A stretch of 64,000 nucleotides of DNA, taken from NCBI RefSeq assembly GCF_964204865.1, contig NC_135264.1, forward strand, positions 12,958,001 through 13,022,000, given 5' to 3'. Source of the DNA: Styela clava. Its lineage: Eukaryota. This document shows, one piece after another, positions 52,154 through 64,000 of this stretch; position 1 is the stretch's first letter; the number at the start of each line of letters is the position of its first letter. A program made the translations under genes and the position numbers. Below the pieces are notes generated by a model. That model was not told the DNA's origin. It saw nothing but the letters and a program-made list of their open reading frames with translations, and searched no databases.

Positions 52154-53858
52154 GTTTACACCTTGATAAAATATTCATTCAAAATTGTTTTTCATCTCGA
52201 ATGCTACATTTCGTACAGTAGCTATGTATGCTACTAAAAATGCAACACGAAATTATTGTGTTGATTGCAACTTTAGTTAGTTTTGGCGCCCTTCCAATGC
52301 CACGTGGCAATGGAAAGTTGATGCAACATCAAAAGTCACGCCACTCCGAGGCAAGTGATTTGACGTCACTCAGCATATAGTTTACTAAAGAGCAAAGTGT
52401 CACTTTGTGACACAAGCATTAATTGATTATAGACTACACTAATTATGCCATAGCATAAAAAATTATCGAGTTATGGACTTTTGCATTGGCAATGACGAAT
52501 ATATCTTTTGAAATATCACAATACAATGATCAATTAATTGGTTCCAATATTTGCACTTAAACCTTAGATGGAAGGAAAGGAGCACTATAAATGTATTTAT
52601 TGGCTTTGTTGTGGATTTCAAAATAATTACCATATTTTAGACGAAACTGAATCTAATATAGCAAATACGCTTTTTGTATCTGGATCATTATTGGTTGTTC
52701 CTGACGGTAAGGTAATTGCTTATTTTGTTATACTATAAAATATTTTTGAATTCCTAGACACATTTCATAAAAATATTATATATATTTTTTATGACACGGC
52801 CATAAATTACAATATCGAATATGAGTCGTCTATTAAAACACACATCAAAGTATTGTTAGTCCATGCCTAGCTTGGAAAGCTATTTCTAACTAGATAATTT
52901 GATTTCAAGTCTTGTAGTAATTGCAATGTTTAGTATTGGATGGCTTTTCACGACAAACTTTCCAAGTATATATTTAATGGATAGTTATTCGCAGTTTACC
53001 ATCAAAATGGAAAAAACTAGAACCGATATTACCACACTTTCTCAAATACTTTTACTCTTGAGTAAAATTAAAAAAGAAATTTCATGATGTCATGCAATGT
53101 TGTTTGCGACATATTATCGATTGAAATCTTGTGATCGGTCACCACTATTGGACATGAAAAATTTGTTTGAAGTTTGAAAAACAGCATAAATTTGTTGACA
53201 GAACAACAAAAATACTCGTGTATTCTTAATACAGTCAGGACAATCAGATTTTAGGACAATTGTATTTTTCGCATCTTAATAAGCTGTCATCCAAATTAGC
53301 CATACTGACTGAAAATGAATAGAAACTCCAAAAGCAAATGAAAGATACATTCGCCACAATTGCTGATGCATTGCATATTTATGGTGATTTTGCAGAGTGG
53401 AGCTGTACAACTTCATCACACAATTTCGTAGTAATAATACAGATAAGTATTCGTTAGACCTTTCATTGGATGTCTCTGTTTGTTTTGACTGAGGCGCAAT
53501 AAATATTCTGGGTAGATATCAATTATTACTTTCTTGTCTTTTCGTGAACCGTTGCTGTGTTTACGGAATATTATACCATATATCACGCGTTCACCTCGTG
53601 TCCCTACCAGTAATTTTCCACGTTCTATAATACAACTACCTATTACACAACTTGCATTGGTGTTGTAATATTTTCTACTATATTGCATAATTGTTATCAG
53701 CGGACTTTAGTCATCACTTTATTCTTTGCCAACGTGTTTTCAGTAAAATGATAAATTAGAAACATAGAATGCACGATATCATCGTTGCTAAATGCTATAC
53801 GTTCATATAAGTGTACGTCCATGTAATATATGCAATGCCAATCTAATAAGCTAGAGTG

Positions 53859-54167
53859 CCTGGTATGGGCAAACTACGGCCCGCGGGCCAAATTCAGCCC
53901 GTTGGGTAATTCAATCTGGTCCGCCTGATGCTACCACAACCAAACTAAAACCAAATTTGGATGTTTTAGATAAGAATAGCTCAAGGAGTTTGTTGGGATT
54001 GCGATTAAATTTGGTTTTGACACGAGGCATATTGTTTTCCATTTTTGCTTTTGTAACACTGTAAATATTGTTCATAAAATGTAATTTTTTATGTCACACC
54101 TACATGGCCCGTCAGTTTAGGCGGGCATAAATTTTGGCCCTCGAACCGAAAACCTTGCCCACCCTTG
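53859..54167. mobile_element. hAT-Charlie-like MITE
   Basis: TGGGCAAACTACGGCCCGCGGGCC...TTGCCCACCCTTG; TSD ctagagtg/ctagaatg. Confidence 0.75.
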
Positions 54168-55224
54168 CTAGAATGTTATCATAACATCATATGAAAATTC
54201 TGGCTGTTTGGCGGATCTTCAATATTCATTTATGATAAAACAATATCAAATTTAATGTTTAATTTTTGCATTTTCATTTCGTCATATTTACAAAAATGGC
54301 TCTACAGAATGAGGTAAATAAAATAAAAAAGACAATATGCAAAAAATTTATAAGATAATTAGATCTCATACTAGTGGGCTAGATAATTAACTTAATAACC
54401 GTATCTTGTCAGAACAAAACACATTTCTGGTGTGAACCTCAGGGGTTCTCAAACTGGGGCACACGTACCCCCAGTGTTGCATTCCGACTTTTCAAGGAGT
54501 ACTTTACATCAACTTTAGGGATATTTGTTCCATAATTTACAATCTACCTTAAAATATTTGCAGCCCCTAATGTTAATAATATGAATACTTGAGTTTAGGA
54601 ACTCCTTGGAAAGATATTTTCACCTCAGCTTTTGCTACAACTACAGTAACTACCAAATCTACTTTCGCAGTTCACGTGACTTATTTAGTCCAATCACAGA
54701 ACGCAAAACAAAACAGCTGATTGATCGCTCGAAGTTACGAAATCTCGGAAGCAAATACCGCCAATACACAGATAATAGCTGATACCACCTAAACATGATA
54801 TTTGTTGGCTTGTTGCTAAAAAACATATGATTATTACATATGATAAAAACATATGATTATTACATATGATTGGCTGTCGCTTTTGTATAAGCGTGGATTG
54901 CATTCATATCAATAACTTTGTGTGCTTTGATTATTACGAATCACGCAGATTTTCATATTGAATCAAAATAATTATTTTTAAAGTTCTTAAGAAATGTAGA
55001 AATGATAGGTTGCCTAGCAATAGAAAAAAAGTTGAACTTAGCAGTCGAAATCATGAGCAATTCTTGAGGTTATACACCAGCAACTGAAAGTTGTCTAAGC
55101 GATACCAATAAACATGAAATTCGGGAAATCCTGACCTAGATTAGAAATTAAAATGCGATTGGGAAACACTTTGATAGTAGGAAAAAATAAACTGAAGAAT
55201 TGGCAATAAAACAACAAAAGCATT

Positions 55225-58200
55225 TCATTCGTTTTCTACTTTTATTCCGTGATCTGCTGGAGCTCCATTGTCGCGTTCAGTCGACTTCAACAACCAAAAT
55301 ATTTGGTTTGAATTATTCTTCATCTAAACAAGAGAACAATGCTCAAATATACGGACACGAAAGCCAGTACGCAGTAGTATCAAATCTTTCACAGTGTCGG
55401 TAATCTGACCACCAGATCGCTGAAATGTGATCACGAAAGCTCGGGACGGTGAGCAATTCTTAATTTTGATGACGTCATCACACACACTTCGAATTGAAAA
55501 ACGAGTCCTAGGGAGCCCACAGAAATTTTTAAAATAAATAATAATAGCCATCAACAAACAACAACAAGCTTTAACCACTGAAAATTTCAAATCAATTATT
55601 CGTGTAGTTAAAGAGTAAGGCGATTATTTCACAACAACATTATATATAACAAACGATTTATAGGTCCATTTCGTGTCCAATAAAGCATTAATTAACTTTT
55701 TGGTCATTTTTGGTTAACTATCCTGTATATTAAAGGTAATAGAAATGAATATTTGTTTGAAGTACGTAATTAAATTATCACCAATGTCATAATTAATTTT
55801 TATTAATTAATTAATTTTTCCGCCGTAATGCTGGCTGGTACAGCGAGGCAACAGTAACATTTTTGAATTTTGCAATCAGTACAAACTGAAGCATAACATG
55901 CTATATTGTCTTACTTTGAACATTGTGGTGGGTCGGTCTAACCACGTTACAATTGAATGTTTAGGATATCGGATATTAATTTAGCTCTCTAGGCTCAACG
56001 CGGGGTTGTGTAAACTTAAAAGTAGTGTTTACTAAACTCGAATGAGTTTGGTTTTAGAATCCTGTTCACCAGCAAGTATATATACAAGATAAAGTGTTAC
56101 CCACCTTTTGTGGCGGCCTATAAGTCTTACAGACTTCTCAACAAAAATTAAGAAAAACGTTTGTCATATAATATTATTTGCTATCACCTGAATGTACGTT
56201 TTGATTGAACCTGTCACGACCAATTCAAAACTGATTTGTCTTCCATCCTTATTTGTATGAACGATTTCACTAGTAATTTTTGCATATTCGTCGGGTGTAC
56301 GGTATATTGTAGGATTAAATTGCCGAAGTAGGTTACCTGAATATAAAAGTTCTTTCTGCCAAAAATACACGATGGAACTTACATACAAAAGGAACACATT
56401 GCTGACAATGATAAATATTAGATTGTTGATGAACGAAGACTATCGCACAAGAAACAAGAGAGCTACGCCCAAATATATGGACACGTCTGTTCGCAGTACA
56501 GTACGGTTTACCGTACCGTCAGATCACAGTCTACAAATATATTCACACCAAGCGAAGCAGTACAGCAGGACACAAAATGGCGTCCGAGGTCCGCAGAACG
56601 TTTAATGACGTCATAGCAAACAAAAACAAATCTCACAGAGCTAACAGAAATATTTAAAATGAATATTTTAAATGATGGAGGCAAATAATAACAATAACAA
56701 CATAATATTGAAACGATCGTTACGTCCACTAAACGTGTCCAATAAACTGCAAATGCCACAATGACTATGAAATATTACCTAAACATTCACTTCATTAGAC
56801 TCAATCATACGAAAAAGAACAACAAAGTTTCAAAATAAAATACAGGATGCCATGATAACTATGGAATATAGGACATTTACTTATTGAAGTCAATCATACA
56901 AAGTAAGCTCAACATCAAATTCGAAATAAACCACGAGATGCCACAGTGATTATGACGTATTAGATGGCTCAACAGCGACATCTGTAAACAGGATATGCCT
57001 CAATGACAACGAAGAATGAATGATATGGTATAGTTAAATTTTCAAACAGGACATGGGTCCTTATTCATAAAATATATTTCAAACTGACCTGACTGTTTAT
57101 AGCAAGATTCACGGTAAAATAAACGTCCAGTAGGCCTCAGCCATTTTAACATATTATGGAAAAGTATGCTGACTTCATGGTCATCAAGATACATCAATAA
57201 CCAGTTGGAAAATATCAAATCCAAGCTGAAAAAATATTAATTTAATAATTAAATGGCTGAATTGGATAATATAACATTAGGAATTTGTTAACAACGAAGG
57301 CCAAGACGAAGTAGAATGTCATTTAATTGATACGATCACGATCAGTATTCGCATTATAATTTTGCTTTTTTTGAACTGAGCATTCTTTCTAATTCACTAC
57401 ATTCTTCACAGAAAAATAGCACCAAAAATCAATTTTCGTTAGAAGAAGAACGTTACTTTACACCGAAAAATTTTTGGCCATCAAAAGCCCATTTTTGCAA
57501 CTCACAGATTACCTGTTAGTTTCTAACTCTAGCTCAAGAACATTTTTGCACACAAATTGAATATTCTTGTTATGACCGTTTGTTTCCTTATTTTTGTCGA
57601 TAAAATTCCTCATGAAGTCGACAGCAATGACAGATTTTGCTTTTTCTGCCAATTTTGTCGTGTATCGCCTGTAAAATTAATCACGTGTATCTATCACAAT
57701 TTATTCATACCGTGTTTCCACGAAACCCACCCCTAAGACATAGTCTAAAATTTGAAAATTATTTCAATATAAGCCCACACCTTAAAATATGACCTAGTCA
57801 ATAACGCTAATTTTTTTTTGACCTAGTCGATAGCAAGAAATCTTTCCTGGACGTTTTAAATGATTGATAAATAATCTATGTTTTGCAGTTATTTTGAATA
57901 AAAACGTGTTATTTATAAGTAAATGGATATCGGTTTTCATATTTCGTACATTTGAAAATATCGAAATTCTTTACTTCGTAATTTTATATTTAATAAATGA
58001 AAATATAAAACATCCCCCCGAATATTAGCCCTAGTGTTATTTTTCGGAAGAAAATTGAAATAAGACCCAGTCTTATTTTCGGGGAAACACGCCCATCGTT
58101 TAACTGGGAGATATCAATCCCAATGGTCCGCCATGAGAGCCGTAAAAACACTATAAACACGGCATACTATACTACTAATATATACTATCATTTAGCAGAA

Positions 58201-59430
58201 GTCTAGCAGGTGATCTTCTTAAAATCTTGCCTTTAGAAGCAAAGACAAATTGCTTAAAAATAAGGTTGTGTCATCATCTGGGGCCTAAAACTCGAAGGCC
58301 TTGTTTACTGACCAGGTTATTCCGGGCACCGCTTCTGATAAAAAGTTCATTACACAATTTTCTACAAATAAAAATGACAAAAGTAAAAATAGGGGATTAG
58401 ACAAACAGCGTCAACACTCTCTCCCCAGTTCTCAATCATGAACGCTGTTCGTAGGTTTAAATTCTGACAGTGATAATTGTGTGCAAGTTGAGGATGCACT
58501 TTTTGTTTACGAATGGCGGTTCGTACTACCACAGGCCTATGGGTTTTTCCTCAATTGTTATATAGTTTTGTGTTATGCAAATTAATGTGGATATTGAGCG
58601 AGGGTCACTGTTTTTTTTCGTATATTTAAACGGTTTTTTACCCTTTTCGCTCCGTGCGTAATAATCATGAAAATAATGTCTTACCCGATTCCAGCTCCAA
58701 GTTCAAGAACATCTTTTTCCTTATAATCAGGCAAATAATTCATAATTTCTTTTATCTCAATATCACTTATTTCAGCACCTTTTGAATCTAACAGCATCTC
58801 AGTGACATCGCCATTTTGAGAATGTTTTTCCCAATATGTATTCATTTTGTGGCGACACTGTGACATATCGTATTTTTTAAGTATATATTTATATTCTTTT
58901 GTTACAAGAAAAAAATATGTGAGCAAATTTATAACTAATAGAAAACATGGAAATCATGTAAGATATACATCACCAAAAGTACACGGTTTTTTTATTATTA
59001 TAAAAATTAACAATATTCATTAAAGTTGACGTTTCAACGTTAATTGACGTAGATGTAAGTTTTAAATATATATTGTCAGTGTTTCTACCGTTGTTGTACT
59101 CGTAACATCGTTTATGTATAGCAAATATTTGCAAATTCAACAGAGTTCAGGAAGACTGAAAATCCACTCGATTGTACAAAACTTCCTCATAGCCTCTGTG
59201 TAATGGATGATTTAGCTGACTTGGGTCAAATAATGGAAGGCTACGTTGTTGTCTACGTTGCCTATGATAAGCAAATGAGCCTTTCTGCTGCGCAATATAC
59301 ATAATCCTTGCTATTTGATATGAATAAAGTTATAATGTACTGAATTTTGACATTTATACAATAATCAGTAATTTATTTTTTCACCAATACAGAACGTGCG
59401 AAATTGATTTAACTGCTCTTTAGTTGCCAT
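55225..59430 (-). CDS. Single-domain PMT paralog (N-terminal methyltransferase domain only), 240-265 aa; exons 59430-59385 (tentative), 58895 (or ATG at 58866)-58685, 57668-57513, 57225-57089, 56336-56188, 55323-55225
   Basis: Internal exon sizes 156/137/149 and phases equal those of the full gene; all motifs intact; last exon [32 protein letters not shown]. The first exon is uncertain (begins ATG GCA ACT like the full gene). Confidence 0.85.
55326..55530. mobile_element. AAACAAG-family repeat abutting the last splice acceptor of the short PMT (another copy about 56452-56660)
   Basis: AAACAAGAGAACAATGCTCAAATATACGGACACGAAAGC matches 5388 onward. Confidence 0.65.
57710..58091. mobile_element. 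pogo/Tigger-like (Tc1-mariner) MITE
   Basis: TA|CCGTGTTTCCACGAAA ... TTTTCGGGGAAACACG ends with TAAGACC subrepeats; right TSD lost. Confidence 0.65.
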
Positions 59431-60734
59431 GGCCACATCCTGCACGCATAATATGACCAGAGATCAATCCTCAAATACATGGCATACACAAAAGTCGACT
59501 GTCAAAACCGGTATAGTAAGTCTGTGCTGCGCTGAGCACCGACTTTGTAGAAAGTTCGAAGGAAAATCGTGACGGAAACACAAGGGGGTGAAAAAGTGTG
59601 GCTAGGACTCGAGGCAAATTCGAAAAAAGTGTATATAAACACAACAGCTGTTTTATATTATTATATATATATATATATTATAAATGATGCTATTGGCCGA
59701 GAACGAATACTTAAATGTGACATTAATTTGTGTAACGTTTTGATATAATATATATAGCTCAGTCAATCACCAAAAATAGACTTCACCGAGACGCTGCCAT
59801 TTGATCAGTCTTGTGTGCAAACTGCAGAAAATTTGTTCCACGCCAGCCGCAAATTCCCGTTTGTTTTTCAGTCTATTGAACTCGGCATTTATATCATCTT
59901 TGCCGAAACAACAAGGAAAATACTCATATTTTATTGCAATCACGCTGCTTTCTTCTATCGGAACTGACTGCCAAAGCTACAGGTTTTCTTTTCATAAAAC
60001 AAATTGATGTTTACTAGTCAAGATCTACCGATTGCGGACGACTCATTCGTGTAAGAATATACGACTATCTTATGAATTGGCCTGAATGTCGACCATCGCA
60101 ATACTAATAACATTGTAATCGGAAATTAGTATTTGTGCATAATGGGACATTCAAGATAATTCGATGACCTTCAGTTCAGATTCCCGAGTAAAGGTTAAAA
60201 CGAGTTAATGAAATTACAAACATATTCTTTTTTATTACATATTATGACGTTTTCGCACAATTAGTATTTCGGAGATGTGATCTTTCTTGCAATTGCTGGA
60301 TACGAAATGGAGCTATGGATCGTTTTGTTATTGTCATAATGTTGTTGTTGGTATCTTTTTTATTGTCTCTCCTCGCCTTCTTTTTAACTACTAGATCAAT
60401 TGCTTCGAAACTGTCATTGGTTAAAGATTGTTGTTGTCTCCAGAATCTATTACTTTTATTTATTTCAAAAATTTATCTGGGCTCTATGGGATTCGTTTTT
60501 CACCCAGAAGTTTAGTGTGACGACGGTGTGTTTAGTGTGCATCAGAATTAAAAATGACGTGTAGTGGTTATCATCATCGCCACAGGGCCTGGGACAGCTC
60601 GGGTCTAGTACCGGTACTGGTAATTTACATTAACTGTCTTGTTTTCTAAAAAGTTATCGGGGGGGGGGGGGGGGGGGATAAAACAATTTTTGGGGGTAAA
60701 ACAATTTCCGTGGCCGAAACACTGAAAAATCGTT

Positions 60735-60964
60735 GGATCTTTTGTACAAAGCCCCGCCACTAATGCAAAAATGGGAGATTTGAGGGAAAAACGCCACTAA
60801 TAACAAATTAGGGATTACACAGTTAGGGTTAGAGTTGGGGTTAGGAATGATTTAAAAATTTGAATTTTCAGCGCAATCTGCATTCTTTACCCGAACCCTA
60901 ATTTTCTTACTTTGGGCGTTGGGTGGGGTTATTTGTTTTTTGGGAGCGTTGTACAAAAGATTCC
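60735..60964. mobile_element. TIR MITE (partial relative at about 26517-26640)
   Basis: GGATCTTTTGTACAA...TTGTACAAAAGATTCC flanked by direct repeat aatcgtt. Confidence 0.7.
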
Positions 60965-61591
60965 AATCGTTTCACATAGCAACCAATCAAATTTTAAATG
61001 CCCTTCGAGGCTTCAAATTCGGCCTAATAAAGTTGGAAAAATTCGATAAATATTTTATATAAAATTCTTCCATTTAGCGAGACTCCAATCACTCATTATT
61101 TCCTCCAATTATACTTAATCATGTTGTTAAACGTGAATAACAAATTAATACTAACCTCGTTTTAATATATTTTACAAAAAAGTAAGTCATGGCTTGAAGA
61201 TTAATATATCACAAAAAATTAAAATCTTTAGTCTTATGAATCTATCTTGGATCATGGTTATTCATACATAGTCCAAAGAAGATACAGGTGAAAGGATGTG
61301 GCAATAATAACAGTGTTAGGCACTTGGCACAGTGAATGGCAGGTACGGTAAACGGAAATCGGTGGACATAAATTCTCAAAAATTTTTGTCGCCGACTCGA
61401 CAAGAACTGCTTCAATCTGGAATAAACCGGTATTTTCCGGTGTTCTGTATATGAACGTATTTTTTCAGGGTCAAATCAAGGTTGGTGTTACCCTTCCTTC
61501 AAAAATTCCCAATTAACCAAGTCTAATAAATACGATATTGAGATAAAACCATAGTAAAAATGTATATTCCACCAAATTATGTCAAAGAGGA

Positions 61592-63513
61592 TTATGTGGT
61601 TCCAGAAGCCAATGATGCGACATAGTCTCGATCCAGCTTATATCTTGTGGCAACCTGAAATCTTGACACCAAGTCTGTCATGAGTTTAGGCCTTGGATTT
61701 CTCTGGTGCATGTGTCGTGGTACATGTTGAGGCAGATTCAAAGATTTTGTGGCGTCTTTGGAACTTCGTGGCACCTGACGCCTGATCGCTCGTGATGTAT
61801 ATGGAACTGGCGCCTGTGCCACCCATCGGTGAATAGTTGAAGCTGAATTCTTCCTTTCGCCAAAAATACGATAAATTTTCGTTCCCATAGCTTGTTTATC
61901 GCCTTTTGCATCCAATATTTTTTCGTTGTTGATACCGCTATTCATTTCAACAACAGGGGTTTGATTGTACCGGTGGTCTTCATGTGCGTATGAAAAACTG
62001 ACATTATTCAAAGACTCTCTGTCGGCGTTTGCAGAAGGTTTAGGTACACGAGGAAGGTTTTCCAATGCAACCTGAATGAATAAATAGACTTTCAAAGAAA
62101 ACAAAAGACCAATGCTCATAACGGCGAGGGTGAAATTGTGATAAATGTCATATGACAGGAGTTTTTATTGTGTCATTTGTGTGAATAACGTGAATTATGA
62201 AAACGGCAAAATATTCGTGTGAAACTCACAATAAATAATTAAGCAAAAATAAAAATCATAGCTATTTATCCACTTTCAAGTACTAAAAATTTAAAATTGA
62301 TTGGTCTTTCAGTTTCGAAAAAAACTTTACCTGTGCAAGGAAAGCATCCCTTTGTTCGACAACTTCAAGATGTTTATTCTTTTGATGTTTCTTTTCACGT
62401 TGACGTTCTTTTAATTCTTGAAGTTTAGCCTTTCTTTCTTGTGAATGCTTTCTTTTTGCTTCCAAGTATGCTTCTAAATATTGTGCGTATCGATCAATAT
62501 CTTCCGTAAATTGCGTCAAAGATGACGTTTTACGATCTTCCGTTACGTATCGTGCGTCATTGTTATTCTTGTTGTGAGCGTCAAAGTTTTCGTTTAAACT
62601 TTGATTTTCTCTGGCAACTTGTTCATGATATAGCGCCACCTGATGGGCAATGTAATTACGCAAAACTTTCTCATTTGGAGTATTCGGCGTGACGCTGTGT
62701 TGTGTCAGGCGATCTTTTACAAAAGCTGTATAAGCCCCAGATTCTACTTCTCGGTGACGGGATGCTTCGCTTGAGATAACCGGCTGTGAATAGCTAACTC
62801 TTTCTGATGCTTGCACCATTCGGTTGCGTCTTTCCTGTTGTTTATTGACGCCCTTATTTGAAGATGCGATTGCTTTTCCATACTTCGACCTAGGCAGGGT
62901 TGGAATTAGATTATAAATGGGAATTTTAGAATATATATAGGAAACACTAATGCAAAATTCAGCGCTCCAGAAGTATGTGTAACAATATAGAGGTAACTAA
63001 TTTTGTTCGCCTACTTAACATCTAGGTTGTGTAAAGAGACTGGAACCTATGGGCAAGAGGATGTTCATTTTGTTAACACAGACAGTCCCCAAACCCATAA
63101 TAGAACTAAAATAGGGGTAATTAAAATAAAATTATGGCCTAACCTGGTACACATACTACGGGAGTACACAAATTTCAACACAACCACCCCAAGATAATAA
63201 TAAATACTATATATCGTAACCTGATTATTGGAACGGACATCGTTTGATTGAGATGTTTATATTGTGCATCTTCTGAACGCTTGCTTGCTGACTTGAATAG
63301 TTGGAGGGTATGCGAGGCGGCTGGCTCGTTAGAATCATCCCAGGCCGGTGTGAGATAATGAACGTCCGCTTCATTGGTAGGCACTCGAGTTTCGTTAAGC
63401 TGTTTTTCGTAAGTGTAATATCGCTCTAATGTCGAGTCAAAATAATCTCCATACAAGCCGTGAATTATCCGCTTGATTTCATGCAGTGACGGTTTTGAAA
63501 ATTTAGACCCTCC
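61592..63513 (-). CDS. 3' exons of an unidentified protein with a charged coiled-coil segment; exons 63513-63221, 62889-62331, 62071-61592; 5' part beyond or unresolved
   Basis: Three long open exons splice in frame (phases 2 and 0), about 440 aa; EAKRKHSQERKAKLQELKERQREKK segment; no family recognised. Confidence 0.75.
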
Positions 63514-64000
63514 CTGAAAAATGATATAATCTTTTTAAGAACGATTGCTGTTTCCGAAAATTGTACAGAAAATGTAAGCATTGCGCTATAACATTAAAAA
63601 TCTGATAATGTATATGTCTTCTCTACTGTGGGTATTTGACAAATGAGTTCCGTGCGCTCTAAGTAGGGCTGGACATTTCGAATTGAAAAGTAATTTATTC
63701 GAATCAGTTCAGACAAGAATTTCCAAGTATTTGTGATTTGATTCGAAAAAAAGAGATATTCGATTCAATTCTGGAATCATTAGATATTCAAAAAGTCCTA
63801 AGACTTAATTTGATGTGGCCCACTTGAATTGTACACTGCACAGCAACCCCAAATTAAATATTATAAATTAATACACTGAACGTTTGCTTATCTGTATTCT
63901 CTTGCTACACATTACGTGTTTAGTGACACGATAGGTTTAAAAAACCCATTTTTGTCTTCTTGAATTATATCATTTTATTAAATAAAGTTTCATCAGCGGC

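Noticed and set aside
53416-53688. 90-aa minus-strand ORF between the two PMT genes, checked as a possible domain-2 remnant
   Set aside because: No PMT domain-2 motifs and no supporting splice structure.
60659-60677. Poly-G tracts (also 10510-10524 and 12746-12757) as functional G-quadruplexes
   Set aside because: They appear to be homopolymers within or beside repeat fragments, lengths are unreliable, and nothing supports a function.

Overview
AT-rich, intron-rich animal genomic DNA. The repeat style suggests an invertebrate chordate such as an ascidian, but that is inference only. The ORF track is mostly exon fragments, so genes were rebuilt by hand from GT-AG boundaries with reading frame checked across every junction. 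Contents, left to right: (1) a tandem array of five + strand secreted lipocalin (ApoD-like) genes of two types, type A at <278-968 and 26203-30875 and type B at 6683-8561, 11563-16055 and 21247-23148; the B genes lie in young segmental duplications, with two dead copies of exon 1; (2) a 4-exon theta/delta-like glutathione S-transferase (- strand) with an inverted remnant of its exon 3 upstream; (3) an intact Gypsy/Mag-like LTR retrotransposon with identical 218-bp LTRs and a 5-bp TSD; (4) a complete 12-exon two-domain phosphoethanolamine N-methyltransferase (PMT, 509 aa) and, upstream of it, an old intact paralog that encodes only the N-terminal methyltransferase domain and stops in the interdomain linker; (5) the last three exons of an unidentified gene; (6) many MITEs (hAT-, MULE- and pogo-like). 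Most notable: the single-domain PMT paralog, and the type-B lipocalins, which have an extra symmetric exon, amino-acid changes concentrated in exons 3-4, and one chimeric copy. No RNA genes or CRISPR arrays were seen.
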